A stretch of DNA of 63,995 nt, counting the filler, from Alloascoidea hylecoeti (lineage: Eukaryota), in NCBI GenBank assembly GCA_001600815.1. It is 5 parts of 5 records of this genome, joined end to end, with 100 filler letters (N's around TTAATTAATTAA, not from the genome) between each part and the next. Parts side by side here need not be neighbours in the genome. Positions count along the whole stretch, not along the records: positions 1 to 29,587 come from BCKZ01000030.1; 4 more parts are not named here. One strand, written 5' to 3'. Positions 1-13,006 of this stretch are shown here, in pieces. The notes beneath the pieces were generated by a model. That model did not search any database, was not told the origin of the DNA, and saw only the letters and a program-made list of their open reading frames with translations. The translations under genes and the position numbers were made by a program. Numbering within the stretch: position 1 is the first letter of the stretch; each line of letters begins with the position of its first letter.

Positions 1-98
1 GAACGATGTTCCAAAACAACTTTCTTATAGTTATTTAATTTATCTGTTATTAAGTCAGACATTGGCAAAAGAGAGTGGCAAAAGAGTGATAAGATTTT

Positions 99-321
99 TG
101 TTAGAGTGAGATGTGTGATATAATCTACGTCTGTTCTCAGATATACTATAGATTAGTTTCTGTTCCTCAGTTTTCCTTAAAATTTTATACACTTCTCCTT
201 TTTGTACTTTTTTATTTCTTTCAAGTGGCCATTAAGGGCCTATAATATACTTCTATTTTTACTATTATATCTTTAAATATGAATTTATAGGTGAAGATCA
301 CCAGAACTTACTACGCATTAG
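99..321 (+). mobile_element. LTR-like fragment, left arm of a diverged inverted repeat
   Basis: Blocks 121-155, 179-240 and 266-321 match the reverse complement of 1733-1772, 1567-1630 and 1510-1566. 280-321 (TGAATTTATAGGTGAAG...CTACGCATTA) resembles the gypsy LTR start at 29420. Confidence 0.6.
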
Positions 322-359
322 ATAGATATATAATCAATTAGCTAGTTGAAAAAAAAATA

Positions 360-770
360 AAAGGAGAACAAAATCTAATCTACATGTTTTATTCTCTACT
401 GAAATACCCCCTCTTTCCTCTTTTTTTTTTACCATTCTCATTCTTATCCGTCACAGGATTATTATCATTATCAATATTACTATCACAATCACCTTTCATA
501 TTTATGAACACACTATCTATCTACCATCCCCATTAACGGAATCATCTAAATCATCTAAATCATCAGTACTAGATCCTTCCCATACTGACATCATCACCCG
601 CGTAAGTATCTTCATCATGTATGACTTCATGCTGATATAACAGAGCCAGCAATAACTCTTTGAACAGACGCAAACATCGAAGCCTTTCGTCGTTCCAATT
701 CATAGGTTAGATTTCCAGCTTCATCTCTGATTTCACCTTGTCCGTTGTCATATAAAAAGGGGTTACTCAT
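360..770 (-). pseudogene. Frameshifted ORF remnant, possible transposase N-terminus
   Basis: ATG at 770 gives MSNPFLYDNGQGEIRDEAGNLTYELE..., stop at 627. Other frames give acidic then basic (KKKRGKRGG) stretches. It lies about 280 bp downstream of the repeat array at 1049-1478. Confidence 0.35.
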
Positions 771-1039
771 TTGAAATTTAATGATGACTTATATCAGTTA
801 ATGAGAAGAGAACTTAGTAGGATTTTCATGATCGTTTTAAAACAGCATGACTACTGCTGTATCAACAAATCTTCCATTATTAACCAGTGATATACTTTGA
901 ATTGACACATAAATGTATTAAAGATTCACTGTTCCACGTAGAAAGTACACCTATGATGGGATAAAAATTTACTGAGGAACATCACCATGAAGAGCAGAGT
1001 AATTTCTATTTACGATGAGAAGTATTAAATAAGCTTTTC

Positions 1040-1478
1040 GAGAAAATAGCTAATTAACTCCCACACATAACGCTAGTTAATTGTTGTACATAGCAGCCAT
1101 TAGTTTTCACAGATAGCGCCAATTAAATTTCAAAGAAAAGTCTAATTAATATTTGTCAACTTCGCTAATAATAGTTTTCACGGATCACTAGTTAATATTT
1201 GAATTAGTGGCTAATTAATCATTCATACGGATTGCTAAATCATTTTATAGAATTGTGCTAATTAAGTTTTGTAAATAACGCTAAATAATTTACAAATTTA
1301 CCGCTAAATTTGACCAAATAGTTTCCGAAAATAACACTACCAAATTATTCTAGGTAAGGCTAAATAATTATCTGAAACAACACTAATTAATTATCAAATT
1401 TTATTTCAATTAATTTCCAAAGTGAACGCTAATTAATTCTCAGACAGATCGCTAATTATTTTCGAAAATAGCGCTATA
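1040..1478 (-). repeat. 23-bp-period degenerate tandem array (family B terminal repeat)
   Basis: GCTAATTAA-like core at 1049, 1072, 1118, 1141, 1164, 1187, 1210, 1234, 1257, 1280, 1303, 1336, 1359, 1382, 1428, 1451, 1473. The minus-strand terminus reads TA-TAGCGCTATTTTCGAAAATAATTAGCG. Confidence 0.8.
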
Positions 1479-1509
1479 TATATTGATAGGTGGAAGCACT
1501 GTATAGCTG

Positions 1510-1772
1510 TCTAATGCGTAGTAAGTTCTGGTGACCTTCACCTATAAATTCATATTTAAAGATATAGACCCTTAATGGTCACTTGAAAGAAAGAACGAAA
1601 AGTACAAAGAGGAGGGGTATATAAAATTTTGCCTGTCGTATCTATACGTATTGATAGAAAATTGGATGGTGTGGGATAATCTAACAACAAGTGAGGTTAA
1701 ACAATGACCACAGAAAACGATGTAACCTTACATAATCTATAGTATACCTGAGAACAGGCGTATATTCTAACA
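1510..1772 (-). mobile_element. LTR-like fragment, right arm of the inverted repeat with 99-321
   Basis: Reverse-complement match to 99-321; begins TGTTAGA on the minus strand, as does position 99 on plus. Confidence 0.6.
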
Positions 1773-2309
1773 AATAATTATGTATCACGTGATATAATAT
1801 CTACAACTGTTTCTAAAATTGTTATAGAATTCACACATTTGGCAATAATTGAGAATATCCCTAAAGTAAAGAATAATGAAAGACCATTCACTAAAAGATT
1901 GGCTATTTACTATTCATATAAACTATTTAATTATATGATGTGACTTCAAATGGGAATTATTGAGAGAATATGATGTTTTGGTAAATTGCATAAGTCAATT
2001 TATTAATGATGAAATCTTATGACATTCACTCCTTTTTTTAAAAAATTAAAATAAGTTTATATTTAAGAATTAGTTAACAGATATATGTAAGATGAGTCGA
2101 GTTTTCTATTCTTTTCAAAAGCTATATCATTTAATGAGAAAGTTGAAGTTTTTTGATTCTGAAATATATAGCCTATATTATATTTATACCATTTTTCTTT
2201 TTAGGGAAACAAATTGATATTATATATCACCTTCAATGCCCAATTCAATTCATCCGTGAGCCTTAAATTTCTGGTCAATTATTATTTTTGTTTAGACTAA
2301 GGCAATAGC

Positions 2310-2824
2310 CACTCAAAAACAAGTATTTACTAAAACCAACACTAACACGAACAAATGTGTATTCACTAGATATTTTATATATATGAATGACTTATCCTAA
2401 TAAATTCTTCTGGCATTTTTACGTAATTATATTTTCAATTCAAGGTTGGAAGGCTTCTTCTACTCTGTTTTTATCGATACCGTACGCCTATTTATTTTGA
2501 GTTTTCCTTTCTGCATGTTATAAACAACTGCTGGATTTCATTGATGATTTTCGCCTAAGCTTACCTCTCTCTTCTACAGTTTCTCAGTTGACTCATTTTA
2601 TTTTGAAAGAGCTCTGGATATTTAAGTGTGGAAATCGAACCGTTCATTAATCGCTCCTTGAGAACATGTCTCCGCATCTTGCTGGTCTTCAGCAATTCCA
2701 GCCTCCAAAATGTCTGATTTGAAAACCCTTTTGTGCATTCTTCATCAAACTTAAAGAATTTATCTTCTAGTAGTGTCGAACCCCTAAAATTTTGGGCCCC
2801 TGTTCGAATTTTGTCATCTTCCAT
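2310..2824 (-). pseudogene. Degenerate ORF of a dispersed repeat family (second copy near 35160-35580)
   Basis: Collinear shared blocks with 35161-35580: TTTTGGAG, CTCTTTCAAAATAAAAT, AATATCTAGT, TTTAGTAAATACT...TGTTTTTGAGTG. Confidence 0.55.
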
Positions 2825-3483
2825 CAGTAAATAATATTTGTCTTATTTTGTATTGAGCTTGCACTTATATTGAAAATGATGTGGATATATTGTTGAATCA
2901 TAGGCTTCAAAGGTATCACTAGGGGAGATTACAGCTAAAGAAAATATATAAACAGGATAGAGGTAGTAAATTTTAAAAGTAAAATTCTACTTTAAATAGA
3001 TATCTAATATACATTTATAGATTTATAGATGAATTTTAATTGATCATTTTAAGTTTAATATTTTCGATCATATATTATATTATTTATAAAGGGAAGTTAT
3101 AAACTTATCGATATCGATCTATGATTGACTTAACATTAATAGATGAAATGGGCAAATATTTAACGCATTATTTGGTCGAATACTTGGAGCGTAACGGCTG
3201 ATAACTCTTTATTAAAAAATCAAAGCTGATGTAGCACGTGATCGAATGTTTATCAACAATTTTATAGAACATTAAGCGTCGTGAACCATTCTCCTGAAGT
3301 TGATATACAGGAGAAGCATGCCCATTTAGAAAATAATTTTCAATTATACACTCTAATTTTATGGGCACATTTACACTGTAATAATTAACAAAATGATATG
3401 ATATGATATGATTAAGCCTACATATGTGTAAATTAATATATAAAAACAATTGATGGAGTCGTTATTTTGAATTTTTAAAAAAT

Positions 3484-6400
3484 TTAATTATTCTTTCTTC
3501 TTTTAATAACACTTTGAGTTAATTTCCTTAATTCTAAAATACTATTTGGAATAGTTGTTTCTTTCTTTGATGATGATAATGATTGATATTTTTCATCATC
3601 GATATGGTGTATAGATGGTGTTTGAGAATAAGAAAATGATGTATTTTGTGACATTGTAGTTAGTTCCGGTATTGCGGGTTGAGAAGAAGGTGAATTAGAT
3701 GGTTGCTTTCTTTTATAAGGAGATAGAATATTATTTGATTGATAATGATTTGGTGTTGAATAAGGAGATACATTCAAAATTGATGGTGATAACATAATAG
3801 TATCATTATATAATACCGAATTACTTCTTGAATTAAAACGAGATTGTGATGATATATCATCATTACCATCAATTAATTCAGATGTCCTTGGACTATCATT
3901 TACATGTTTTAATAAATGACCAAATCTTTTTTTTCTTTCTTCTTCTTTTTCTAATTCAATTTGTAATGAAAATTCATTATGTTTTTCATTATCTGTAATT
4001 TTTAAATCTTCTTGTAAATTTTCATATTCAATATCATCTTTTAAATTTTTTAAATATTGTATTTCAGTTTGATTTTCTTCGCCTAAGTTTGATAATTCAT
4101 TTTTAAATAAATTAGATAAATTTAAAAGTTTTTCATTAAATAATAAATCTAATGGATTTTTATTTTTATTTTCATTTAATTTTAAATTTTTTGAATAATT
4201 TTCAATTGATTCAGTTGATAAATCAAATGGTATAATACCATTTATAATCTCTTTAAATGATTTAAAAAATAAATCAAGTTTTAAACCAAAATTATTTTTT
4301 AATAATATATCATTATCATATAGTACTAAAATATTAATTTTATAAAATGAATATTTTAAAATATAATTTAATATATTACCTAATTTTTTTAATTCATTAG
4401 TTAAATTTATTTCAGTCGTTATATTTGATGATAAACCAAATTCAAATATTAAAAAATTAACATCTTTATAAAATTCTTCTTGATTTGAAAAGGTTGATGG
4501 TATTGTTGTAAATGTTGAAATTAATCTATCATTCCTAATAATATTTTCATATCTATTATCATCATTGTTGTTATTTAATTTCATACCAAGTTTTTTAAAA
4601 ATCCATTTTGATGATGGTGATTCAAAATTATCAACAATTACCAAAACTTTAAATATAAGTTCCCAAATATTTTTAATTTTTAAAAAATCATTAATTTTAA
4701 GTAAAAAAATTTCATTAAGACTAATTTTTTTCCATAATTGTTTAACATTTTCATTTTCATCAGAAATCATTTTTAATCTTTTTTTTGATGATTTATTAGT
4801 TATCATTTTATTATTTTTAAAATTATTTTTATGATTGTTATCTATTGAAGAATCAGAATCAAAACTTGTTTGTGATGATCTTCTATAACTTCTTCTTCTT
4901 TCTAATTCAATTAAATAAGAAGGTGATCCTAATGATTTACTAACAATATTAAATTCTTCTAATTTTTTCTTTTTAATTAATAATTTTTTTTTACTTTCTT
5001 TTGCAATTTTTGAAATTTTTAAAATTATTGATTTTTGAAGTTTTAAATTTCTAAATAAATCTGCTTTTAATTCTAATGTTATAATATAAATTGATTCTGA
5101 AATGAATGAATTATATAATTCATTACTTAATTGATTTAATAATTCTTCTCTTTGATTTCTTGCATTGATTATTGTTGTCGTTGTTGTTTTAACTATTGAT
5201 TTAACTTCTTTTGAAACAATGGATTTTAAAAGTTGATCAAGTTCATTTCGAATATCTTGTTCTGATATTTCAGGTTTTGGTTTAACTTCAACTATTGTTT
5301 TAATTTTAGTTTCTGGTTTAGTTGATGATTGTAAATTAGAGCTAGTGATTGGTTGATTCAAATTTAAAGATGGTCCAACATTAGTTTTAGGTTGAACTGA
5401 TAATTGTGGTGGTTCCTTTTGTATAGTATTTGATATTTGTATTTCAGAAGGTGGAATTTTAAACATATTATTTGAGTTAAATGGTTGAGTATTTGTTACC
5501 GGAGGAACTAATGATGATGATGATGATGTTTGTTTCTTTAAAAATGAAAAACTTGATGATATATTTGAAGTGTTATTTGTTGTTGGAAATGAAAATGCAT
5601 TGTTTTTGTTATTATTGTTGAAGTTAAGATTATTATTAATGTTTAAATTTGGTTGTAATGTAGATGTTGAGAACGGAGAAGATCCAAAAGGTGAATTTTG
5701 ATTTTGATTTTGATTTTGTGTAATTTCTGACTTCTTAGGTATAAAAGAATTTTCGAATGTTACATTTGTATTAACAGATGAATTATTTGAATCATCCAAT
5801 CCATTATATACAAAATTCTCTAATGATCTCCCATTTCTTTTCTCCTCGATCATTTTCGAAAAACCTTGTTTTAAAGGAGGTTTATTAAAAGCAATTTTAT
5901 TATCAAATGTAACAATATCAATTGTAATTAATCCATCATCATCAATTTTATTACTTAATCCATAATATTTTATAAAATTAATTGTTTCATCAATTGAATC
6001 AAATCCAAACATTGATGTTAACCTTGAAGCATATAATGGTTTTGCTTTACTATGATATGATCTTGAAATTGATTTTAATCCATATAATCTAATTTCATTA
6101 AAATGGATTTCTAATAAACATGAAATTAAAAATGGTATTTTTGAATTTTTAATAATTTCAAAAAATGTTATAAATAATTGATAAGTAATTTGTGAGTTTT
6201 TATAACCATATTGATTTATATTACATTGTTGTAAAATTGATCTTAATTTTAATGATAATTGAATATTTTTATTTTTGAATAATTTTTTTGATAATTTTTG
6301 AATTTGTCTATCATAATCAGAATCTCTTAAATGACTTAATAATTGATATGATCTAAATTCTCCTTCATTTTGAATTGGTATATTTTGTAATTTCATATAA

Positions 6401-7708
6401 TCATAAGTTTCAGATAATGATTGTAAACATTTATTAAATTGTTCTAATTCTTGTTGTTTACTATATTCAAATTTTGAATATTTTGTCATTTCGTGTAATG
6501 ATATGATATGAATTCTACAAATTCTTTCATGAATTAGTATTGATTCAAAACCTAAATAATTTTGATATGTGAAATCTTGACGAATTGATCTTGTTCTATC
6601 CCATAAAAATGAATGACTTTCAGGAAGTTTTGAAATTGTTGTTTTAATTAAATGATCCAGAGATTTAATCAAAATATTTGGTGGGCGAACATCTGAGGGT
6701 AATGGTGGTGGTTGACCAGCAGCTGGTCTTGAAAATGCTTTAACTGCCATAGTTCTCGATGCTCTTCCAGAAATTGGATCTTTTTCTAAGGCTTTGACAT
6801 TATTTTCTAATGATCTTTGGATTCTTTCATATGTTGGACACATATCTTTACATGAACCTCTGAATATTATGGCGTCTTCAAGACTCTTTTTGGTATCTTG
6901 AGCATCAACTAAGCCTCTTTGTTCCATTTCTTTTCTTTCAATTTCTCTCATTTTTGACATCTAATAAAATAAAGTTAGAAAACCATCAATCCAAAATTAT
7001 TCATAATATTATTTAACATACCTCTTCATATAATGATTGAAGATCACCGGGATAAGATTGTTCTAATTGTAACATTTTTTCTTGATTTTGTAAATCCCAA
7101 GAATCATTTAAATCAATTTGTTTCATTACTTTTTTATCAGGAATCATAAAAGCAGGTAATTGACGATTATTTATTCGATTTCTATGTTTAAACCCATATT
7201 GAATTGGATCTTGAAAAAACCCGATTCCTTTATGAATATTTAATTTTTTTGTTTTAAATTTAGGATTTAAATATGATTGATTTTTATTTTGTTGTTGTTT
7301 ATTATTATTGTTATTATTATTAAATTTATTATTACTAAATTTATTTATATTTTTATTTTTTAAAAAATTACCATTTTTGTTATTTCCAAATGGATTCAAA
7401 CCAGAGTTATTATTTGTATGTGTGTTATTTCCATTGAAGGTATTAAAACCTTGAGGTATCTGTTGTTTCCATTTTGTATTTTTATTCCCATCAACATTTC
7501 CATTTACATTTCCATTTACATTTCCATTAACGTTTGGCTGAAAAGCAGAAAAAGCAGACCCATTATTATTCATATTTGAACTATTTGTATTAGTATTATT
7601 ATTTGTTGGGTGCTGTTTAAAAGCATTACTAAAAGGAGATTTTAAACCAAAAACACTCGGTGTGCCAAATGCGGATTTAACAGCTGGTGAGCTAGTGGCC
7701 TCAATCAT
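3484..7708 (-). CDS. SAC3: TREX-2 mRNA export factor Sac3 (two exons: 7708-7022, 6960-3484; about 1387 aa)
   Basis: SAC3/GANP motifs GSCKDMCP, RPAAGQPPPLPSDVRPP, FLWDRTRSIRQDFTYQN. Intron 6961-7021 (GTATGT, TTCTAAC, TAG) joins the two ORFs in frame. Confidence 0.95.
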
Positions 7709-7847
7709 AAATATAAGAAGATTCTATATATGTGCCGGTTGATTGGTTGAGATAAAAGAAACAAAGATAAATAATGATAAAAAGATCCTTCGAGAAATAC
7801 AAAAATTAAGGTGGTGAAGTTGAAAAGAGAAGAGGTTTGGAAGATGG

Positions 7848-7855
7848 CCGGGTAA
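7848..7855. promoter_or_regulatory. Reb1-type site upstream of SAC3
   Basis: Exact CCGGGTAA about 140 bp upstream of the ATG. Confidence 0.5.
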
Positions 7856-9652
7856 CTTCACTTTTTTTCTGGACTTTTGTATGATGATAGATGGCTAGAC
7901 TATATCTCAAAGCTTCAAATTCATCTTCACGAATTAAATATATGAGTATATTGAGGACAAACAGTCGACGTCTGATAATCTAAACTTTCTAAAAACAACC
8001 GTACGTATATACAGAACATCCGGAACCCCTTGAAATTTCGAAATGAGGTCATCAGTTGGCTCTGTTGAAGATTTAGAGGGATATTTGACTCTATTAAATT
8101 TGAACCTTTAGAATTCAGACAAATAGTTAAGAAATATTACATTAAGTGTTACCTTATCCAGATAATTATGTGCAGATGGATTCTGTAATGTTTCCCTATC
8201 AGTTAAGTATGGAAGAAAAAGATTCATTTTCAGTGATATCGATGTTAAATCAATGCATTTGAATATGGCCATATTTATTACTGGGAGACACTAAAACATT
8301 TTTTTTAGAGACATTTACAGTACTTACGAAAAATTGAGTTTCTTTTTTAGCATCCATTCACAATTTTGACTTCCAACTCCAAAAAGGTTGTAGACCTTAA
8401 ACATCTTTTTTCTCCACATTATCGGTTTCTCTTTTATACTTAAATTTATAAACATATTCCTGATGGTCACGAAAACTTAAAGACGCCTCACTGAAGCAGA
8501 AAAGATTACACCTTGAAAAATGATTTTAGTCTTTTCATTATTGAGATTTCTAAAAGAATGAATGCGTCCCGTCAGCCAGTGCACATGTTTTTTAAGCTAC
8601 TGAACGGTCAAGACCCAGCTATTCCGAAGATTGAAATCGTGGAAGAAAGCCAATTAACATACCTCGTTCTACAAGGCATTTACGCATGGCGATTAGAGAT
8701 CGTGATCATTTAATTAAAAAGTTGAGGTTAATTCATTTGATTCTGAAATATATGATTATGTTCTAATTTATATAATGTTTCTCTTTATGGTAAGGCAATG
8801 TGGGGAATGCTGGAATTGGTATAGTTATATCACCTACATAGCAGACAATTCAAATTATATAAGGGCTTCGAAATTGTGAGAAAAGGCTTCTATTGTTACT
8901 TGAAATTACTATTTATAAACTTTGCCAACTAATATAATGTAATTAGCTTTTACATTTGGATCAGACTTTAAATACCCACCTTAAGAACCCTTTTATGAAA
9001 CCATGAATATTCTGGATGTCAATCAAACCACACCTTCGGACCTTAAGATACTTATAATATGTATAAGGAAGTCTGAATTTGCGAGTCTTATATTATGTAT
9101 ATGAACTCCAGTTTGGAAAAGTGATTGTTATATTCATTATAACTTATAAGTTTATAGCCGTTCATGACCTTTAAACTTGAGAAGTCGTTTTATAGGGTAG
9201 TAGAATATCTAGAATTTACGGAACATTAAACTATATTTTGAGAACATTTTAAGGCTTTGTAGAGTACATACATAGTATCTAGATATAATCTTATCATCTT
9301 TATATAATTATGTGAAGTTGCGATACAAAAGCAAAACGAAAGTTTAATATTGACTTGTACTTACATGTAAAATAACCATAGTATTTTTAATGAGATTCTA
9401 GATGGATTCCGAGTGAAAATAAGGATGTGAAAATCTGGATAACTCGAAAGTCGAGCAATAACATGTTTTTTTGAAATTAGGCATATGATAAACTAAGTTG
9501 AAAATTTTATATACGGTATGTAAAATGTTATAAAATAAAAAAAAGATTTGGCAGTTTTCCCTAGGATTGATTTCTTATTCTTACAATAATGTCAATATTT
9601 TATTAATTTTATATAAATGTCATATTTTAAATCAATAATAAAATTTAAAAAA

Positions 9653-10815
9653 TTAAATCAACTTTTTAGCTAATAACATCTCGGCAATAAGAATACCAGA
9701 TCCAGCAGCACCAATAATAGTATTGTGTGACAAAACAACAAATTTAAAATCCAATAAAGGATCTTCTCTAATACGACCAACTGAAACTCCATAACCAGCA
9801 TCCCTATTTCTATCTAATCTTGGTTGTGGTCTATCAGGAGCTTCAAGAACATGTATTGCTTGTTTTGGAGCTGAATGACACCCTAATTGTTTTGCTTCAC
9901 AAACATAATCTTTAAGAACTTGTTTAAATTCTTCAACTGATGGTGCAGGTCTATTTTTAAATCTTAATGAAACACATTCAGTATGACCATCTGATACCGC
10001 AACTCTATTACATTGAGCTGATACTTTAATTTCTTCATCTGATAATGGTGAAAATTCAAGACCATTAGATGTTAAACCACCTAGAATTTTTTTTGTTTCC
10101 CATTCCATTTTATCTTCTTCACCACTAATATAAGGGATTAAATTATCTAAAATATCAATACCTGGTACACCTGGTGAAAACCCAGCACCGGAAATTGCTT
10201 GCATTGTAGTAACAGATAAAGCATCAATTGGACCGAATTTTTCAACCAATGGTTTTAAAGGTGCAACTAAACCAGCAGTTGAACAATTTGAAATACAAAC
10301 AATAAAACCAGGTTTTGATTTTCCTTGAATTTTTGCACTTTCAATTTTATTTGAAATAACATTTAAATGTTCAGGATTAACAATTGGTACAACTAATGGA
10401 ACATTTGATTCTCTTCTATAATTTTTAGCATTTGAAACAACTGCTAAACCATTTTCAACAAATTCTTTTTCAATTGGTCCTGCATAATCAGCATCAAGTC
10501 CTGAAAATACTATATCACAATCTTTAAAATTTTCAGATTTACAATCAACAATAATTTTATCTTGAATTGATTCCGGTAAAAGATCTGTTTGTTTCCATAT
10601 AACTGCATCAATATATTTTTTACCTGCTGATCTTGATGATGCTCCAAGGGCATATAATTCAAAATCTGGATGATTTGCTAAAAGGAGTATAAATCTTTGT
10701 CCAACACTACCAGTTGCTCCCAAAACACCTAAATTATTATATTAATATTAGCATTGATAATATAAATTGAAGATATGTGTTAAATCTCTCTATACATACC
10801 AGCTTTTTTAACCAT
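9653..10815 (-). CDS. HOM2: Aspartate-semialdehyde dehydrogenase (exons 10815-10800, 10728-9653)
   Basis: Spliced start MVKKAGVLGATGSVGQRF; catalytic SNCST motif. Intron 10729-10799 (GTATGT, TGCTAAT, TAG). Confidence 0.97.
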
Positions 10816-10867
10816 TTTTTATATCTTTTGATAGATTTATAATTGAAGAAGCTTCATAATTAAAAAA

Positions 10868-10895
10868 AGAGTCATGATATTTCATATTTACCCGG
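10868..10895 (-). promoter_or_regulatory. Gcn4-like (ATGACTCT) and Reb1-type (TTACCCGG) sites in the HOM2 promoter
   Basis: AGAGTCAT at 10868-10875 and TTACCCGG at 10888-10895. HOM2 is an amino-acid biosynthesis gene. Confidence 0.5.
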
Positions 10896-11081
10896 CCCTC
10901 ATCTCTACTCATCTACAAATTAATAGATTAGCACACTCTATATAGTTTTCTTTGACTTTGGAATTGGAACATGGAAAAGAACTCATATTCTTTAGAGTAG
11001 ATTTATTAACTTAAACTGAGATATATCATATGATTATGATATGGTCAATGTCGCTGTAATCTTCGTTGATAACCCATCACG

Positions 11082-11089
11082 ATCACGTG
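11082..11089 (+). promoter_or_regulatory. Cbf1-type E-box ATCACGTG upstream of HOM2
   Basis: Exact RTCACGTG about 270 bp upstream of the ATG. Confidence 0.35.
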
Positions 11090-12217
11090 CAATTCATTTT
11101 TAGTTAGAAAATTCACCATAAAATTCAGGTTCAGAAAGATAAAGTTGAATTATACTTTTTTTGATTTTTTTATTGTTTGTATCATATAACACGATCTTTC
11201 AAGTTTAAGTTATAGCTTAGAAGTAGATTTAGAAAGTCTATTGAATCATATAATTTAATGTTTCACAATGGTTCCTGAACACACTAATATGATTTTCCTC
11301 TATTGTTTCCTTACTGTTGTTATATTTATAAATTTACGTTTTAAAGTTATTTTCAATTATATAAATTCTGATTAAATAGACAAAATAATGATAAACTTAC
11401 AAAATATTCCATGATTATTGATTTGATATTTGATATTTGATATTTGGTTGCTTTATATTGGTATATTTATTAAAAATGATTTTTATTTCTTATTAATGAT
11501 ATATTGTAGATAGATAAGCTTATATATAATGATAATGAAAGGTTCAAGAAATTAGATTTAATTTAATACTAATATAATAAAAGGTAAGGTACTAATGAAA
11601 GATTTTCGGGTTCTCATACTAAGCAGTTACAAAGATCATCTTATTTGCTGCTAATTTAATATGTTGCAAACACAGTCTAAAAGTCATTATCATCTTTAAA
11701 AACCTTTTATATTAATATTAATTGTTTTCTATTTCTCTTTTTTAATGATAGTTTGTTTATTAACACCAGAAGGTTTAGCAAAAGAAATAAAAGAAAAAAA
11801 AAAGAGAAAAAGAGAAATATAGCTTCAACATTAACATTAATATTAATACTAATATTAATATCAACAGTTTTGAATGAATTGTATACTTCCATCATCAATG
11901 ATTATCAATATAAATAGTAATAGTCTTTTGTAACAAACACAAAACATAAAACAAATGAATTGGTTACTATAGACTATAATAAACATGAATCAAAAATCAA
12001 AACAAAATAAAATAAAATAAAAATTGAAAAATGGAAATCAATATAAATAGGACAAATGAAAGACAATTTTGACAATTTTGGCAATTTTGACAATTTTAAT
12101 AATATAAAAATAATGATATTTCATTTTTTCATCATCCATGAAACGAAAATAAAAGTATCTAACTTTAAAAAAATTTATGAAAAAAAATAAAAAGATATCA
12201 AACATCATTATAGTTTT

Positions 12218-12790
12218 TTATGCTTTTTTTTCCTTTTTTTCCTTTTTTTCCTTTTTTTCCTTCTTTTCTTTCTTTAGTCTTTTATGTTCAGGTAGATCAA
12301 AAGATTCTTCTTCTTTTTTAAATTTAAAATCATCAATTTCGTTTTCCTTTTTAGGTTCAATATCAATTTCTTCTTTTCTTTTGATTTTAATATCCATATC
12401 AATATCCATATCCATTGAATTTTCCCTTTTATTTATTATTTTTGAATCATTTGAATTAATTTTTAATGATGATGATATTGGAAAATCACCAGTTGATGGA
12501 GGTAAACCTCTCAAATCTCTTTGAACGCGTTTTAATTGATTTAAAACCAGTGTATTAGTAGAACTTGGAGTAGATGGTGTATGTGTAAAACCTCCTTGAG
12601 AATTATCTTCAAATTTAACATTATTAAGTAGATTATTTGAAGAGATTTGTTCAACCGATGAGATGTATTCAGTTAAAATTGTCTCTGCTTCTGAATTCGG
12701 TATCGATACAGAACTTTGCACCTTGATGGCTGTGGGTGTCGTCACAGCAGAGTCAACAGGACGACGGGTTTGGTTTGAAACTAAAGACAT
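12218..12790 (-). CDS. RPA14: RNA polymerase I subunit A14 with a KKE-repeat tail (190 aa)
   Basis: QLKRVQRDLRGLPP motif. Likely ATG at 12790. Neighbour of HOM2 and SAC3, as in S. cerevisiae. Confidence 0.85.
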   Translation of the reverse strand: MSLVSNQTRRPVDSAVTTPTAIKVQSSVSIPNSEAETILTEYISSVEQISSNNLLNNVKFEDNSQGGFTHTPSTPSSTNTLVLNQLKRVQRDLRGLPPSTGDFPISSSLKINSNDSKIINKRENSMDMDIDMDIKIKRKEEIDIEPKKENEIDDFKFKKEEESFDLPEHKRLKKEKKEKKEKKEKKEKKA

Positions 12791-13006
12791 GATTGATAAA
12801 AGGTTTTGATAATGATGAAAGAATGATTTTTGGAGGTTTTGTTTTGTTGATCTCAGAAAAAAAGTGATTCCAACCTTCCGGTTCTGAAATCTACGCCTTG
12901 AATAGTTGATCCGGGCGTATACATAGGCATGGTTGTTTAACCTCCATAGATCCAAAAAATCCATTTTTCATTTTCAACTCCAATTTTACTTCACGAGTTC
13001 ACAAAG

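Noticed and set aside
1040..1478. 23-bp arrays as telomeric repeats
   Set aside because: The period matches some yeast telomere units, but the units are heterogeneous, lack a G-rich strand and have transposon-like termini.
11082..11250. Point centromere (CDEI plus AT-rich DNA); also CACGTG near 1786 and 3235
   Set aside because: No CDEIII CCG motif at a suitable distance; AT richness is background.
12177..12524. Antisense ORFs over RPA14, SAC3, the MFS gene, the cell-wall gene, CRZ1, ATF and pol
   Set aside because: Shadows of real genes with low-complexity translations.
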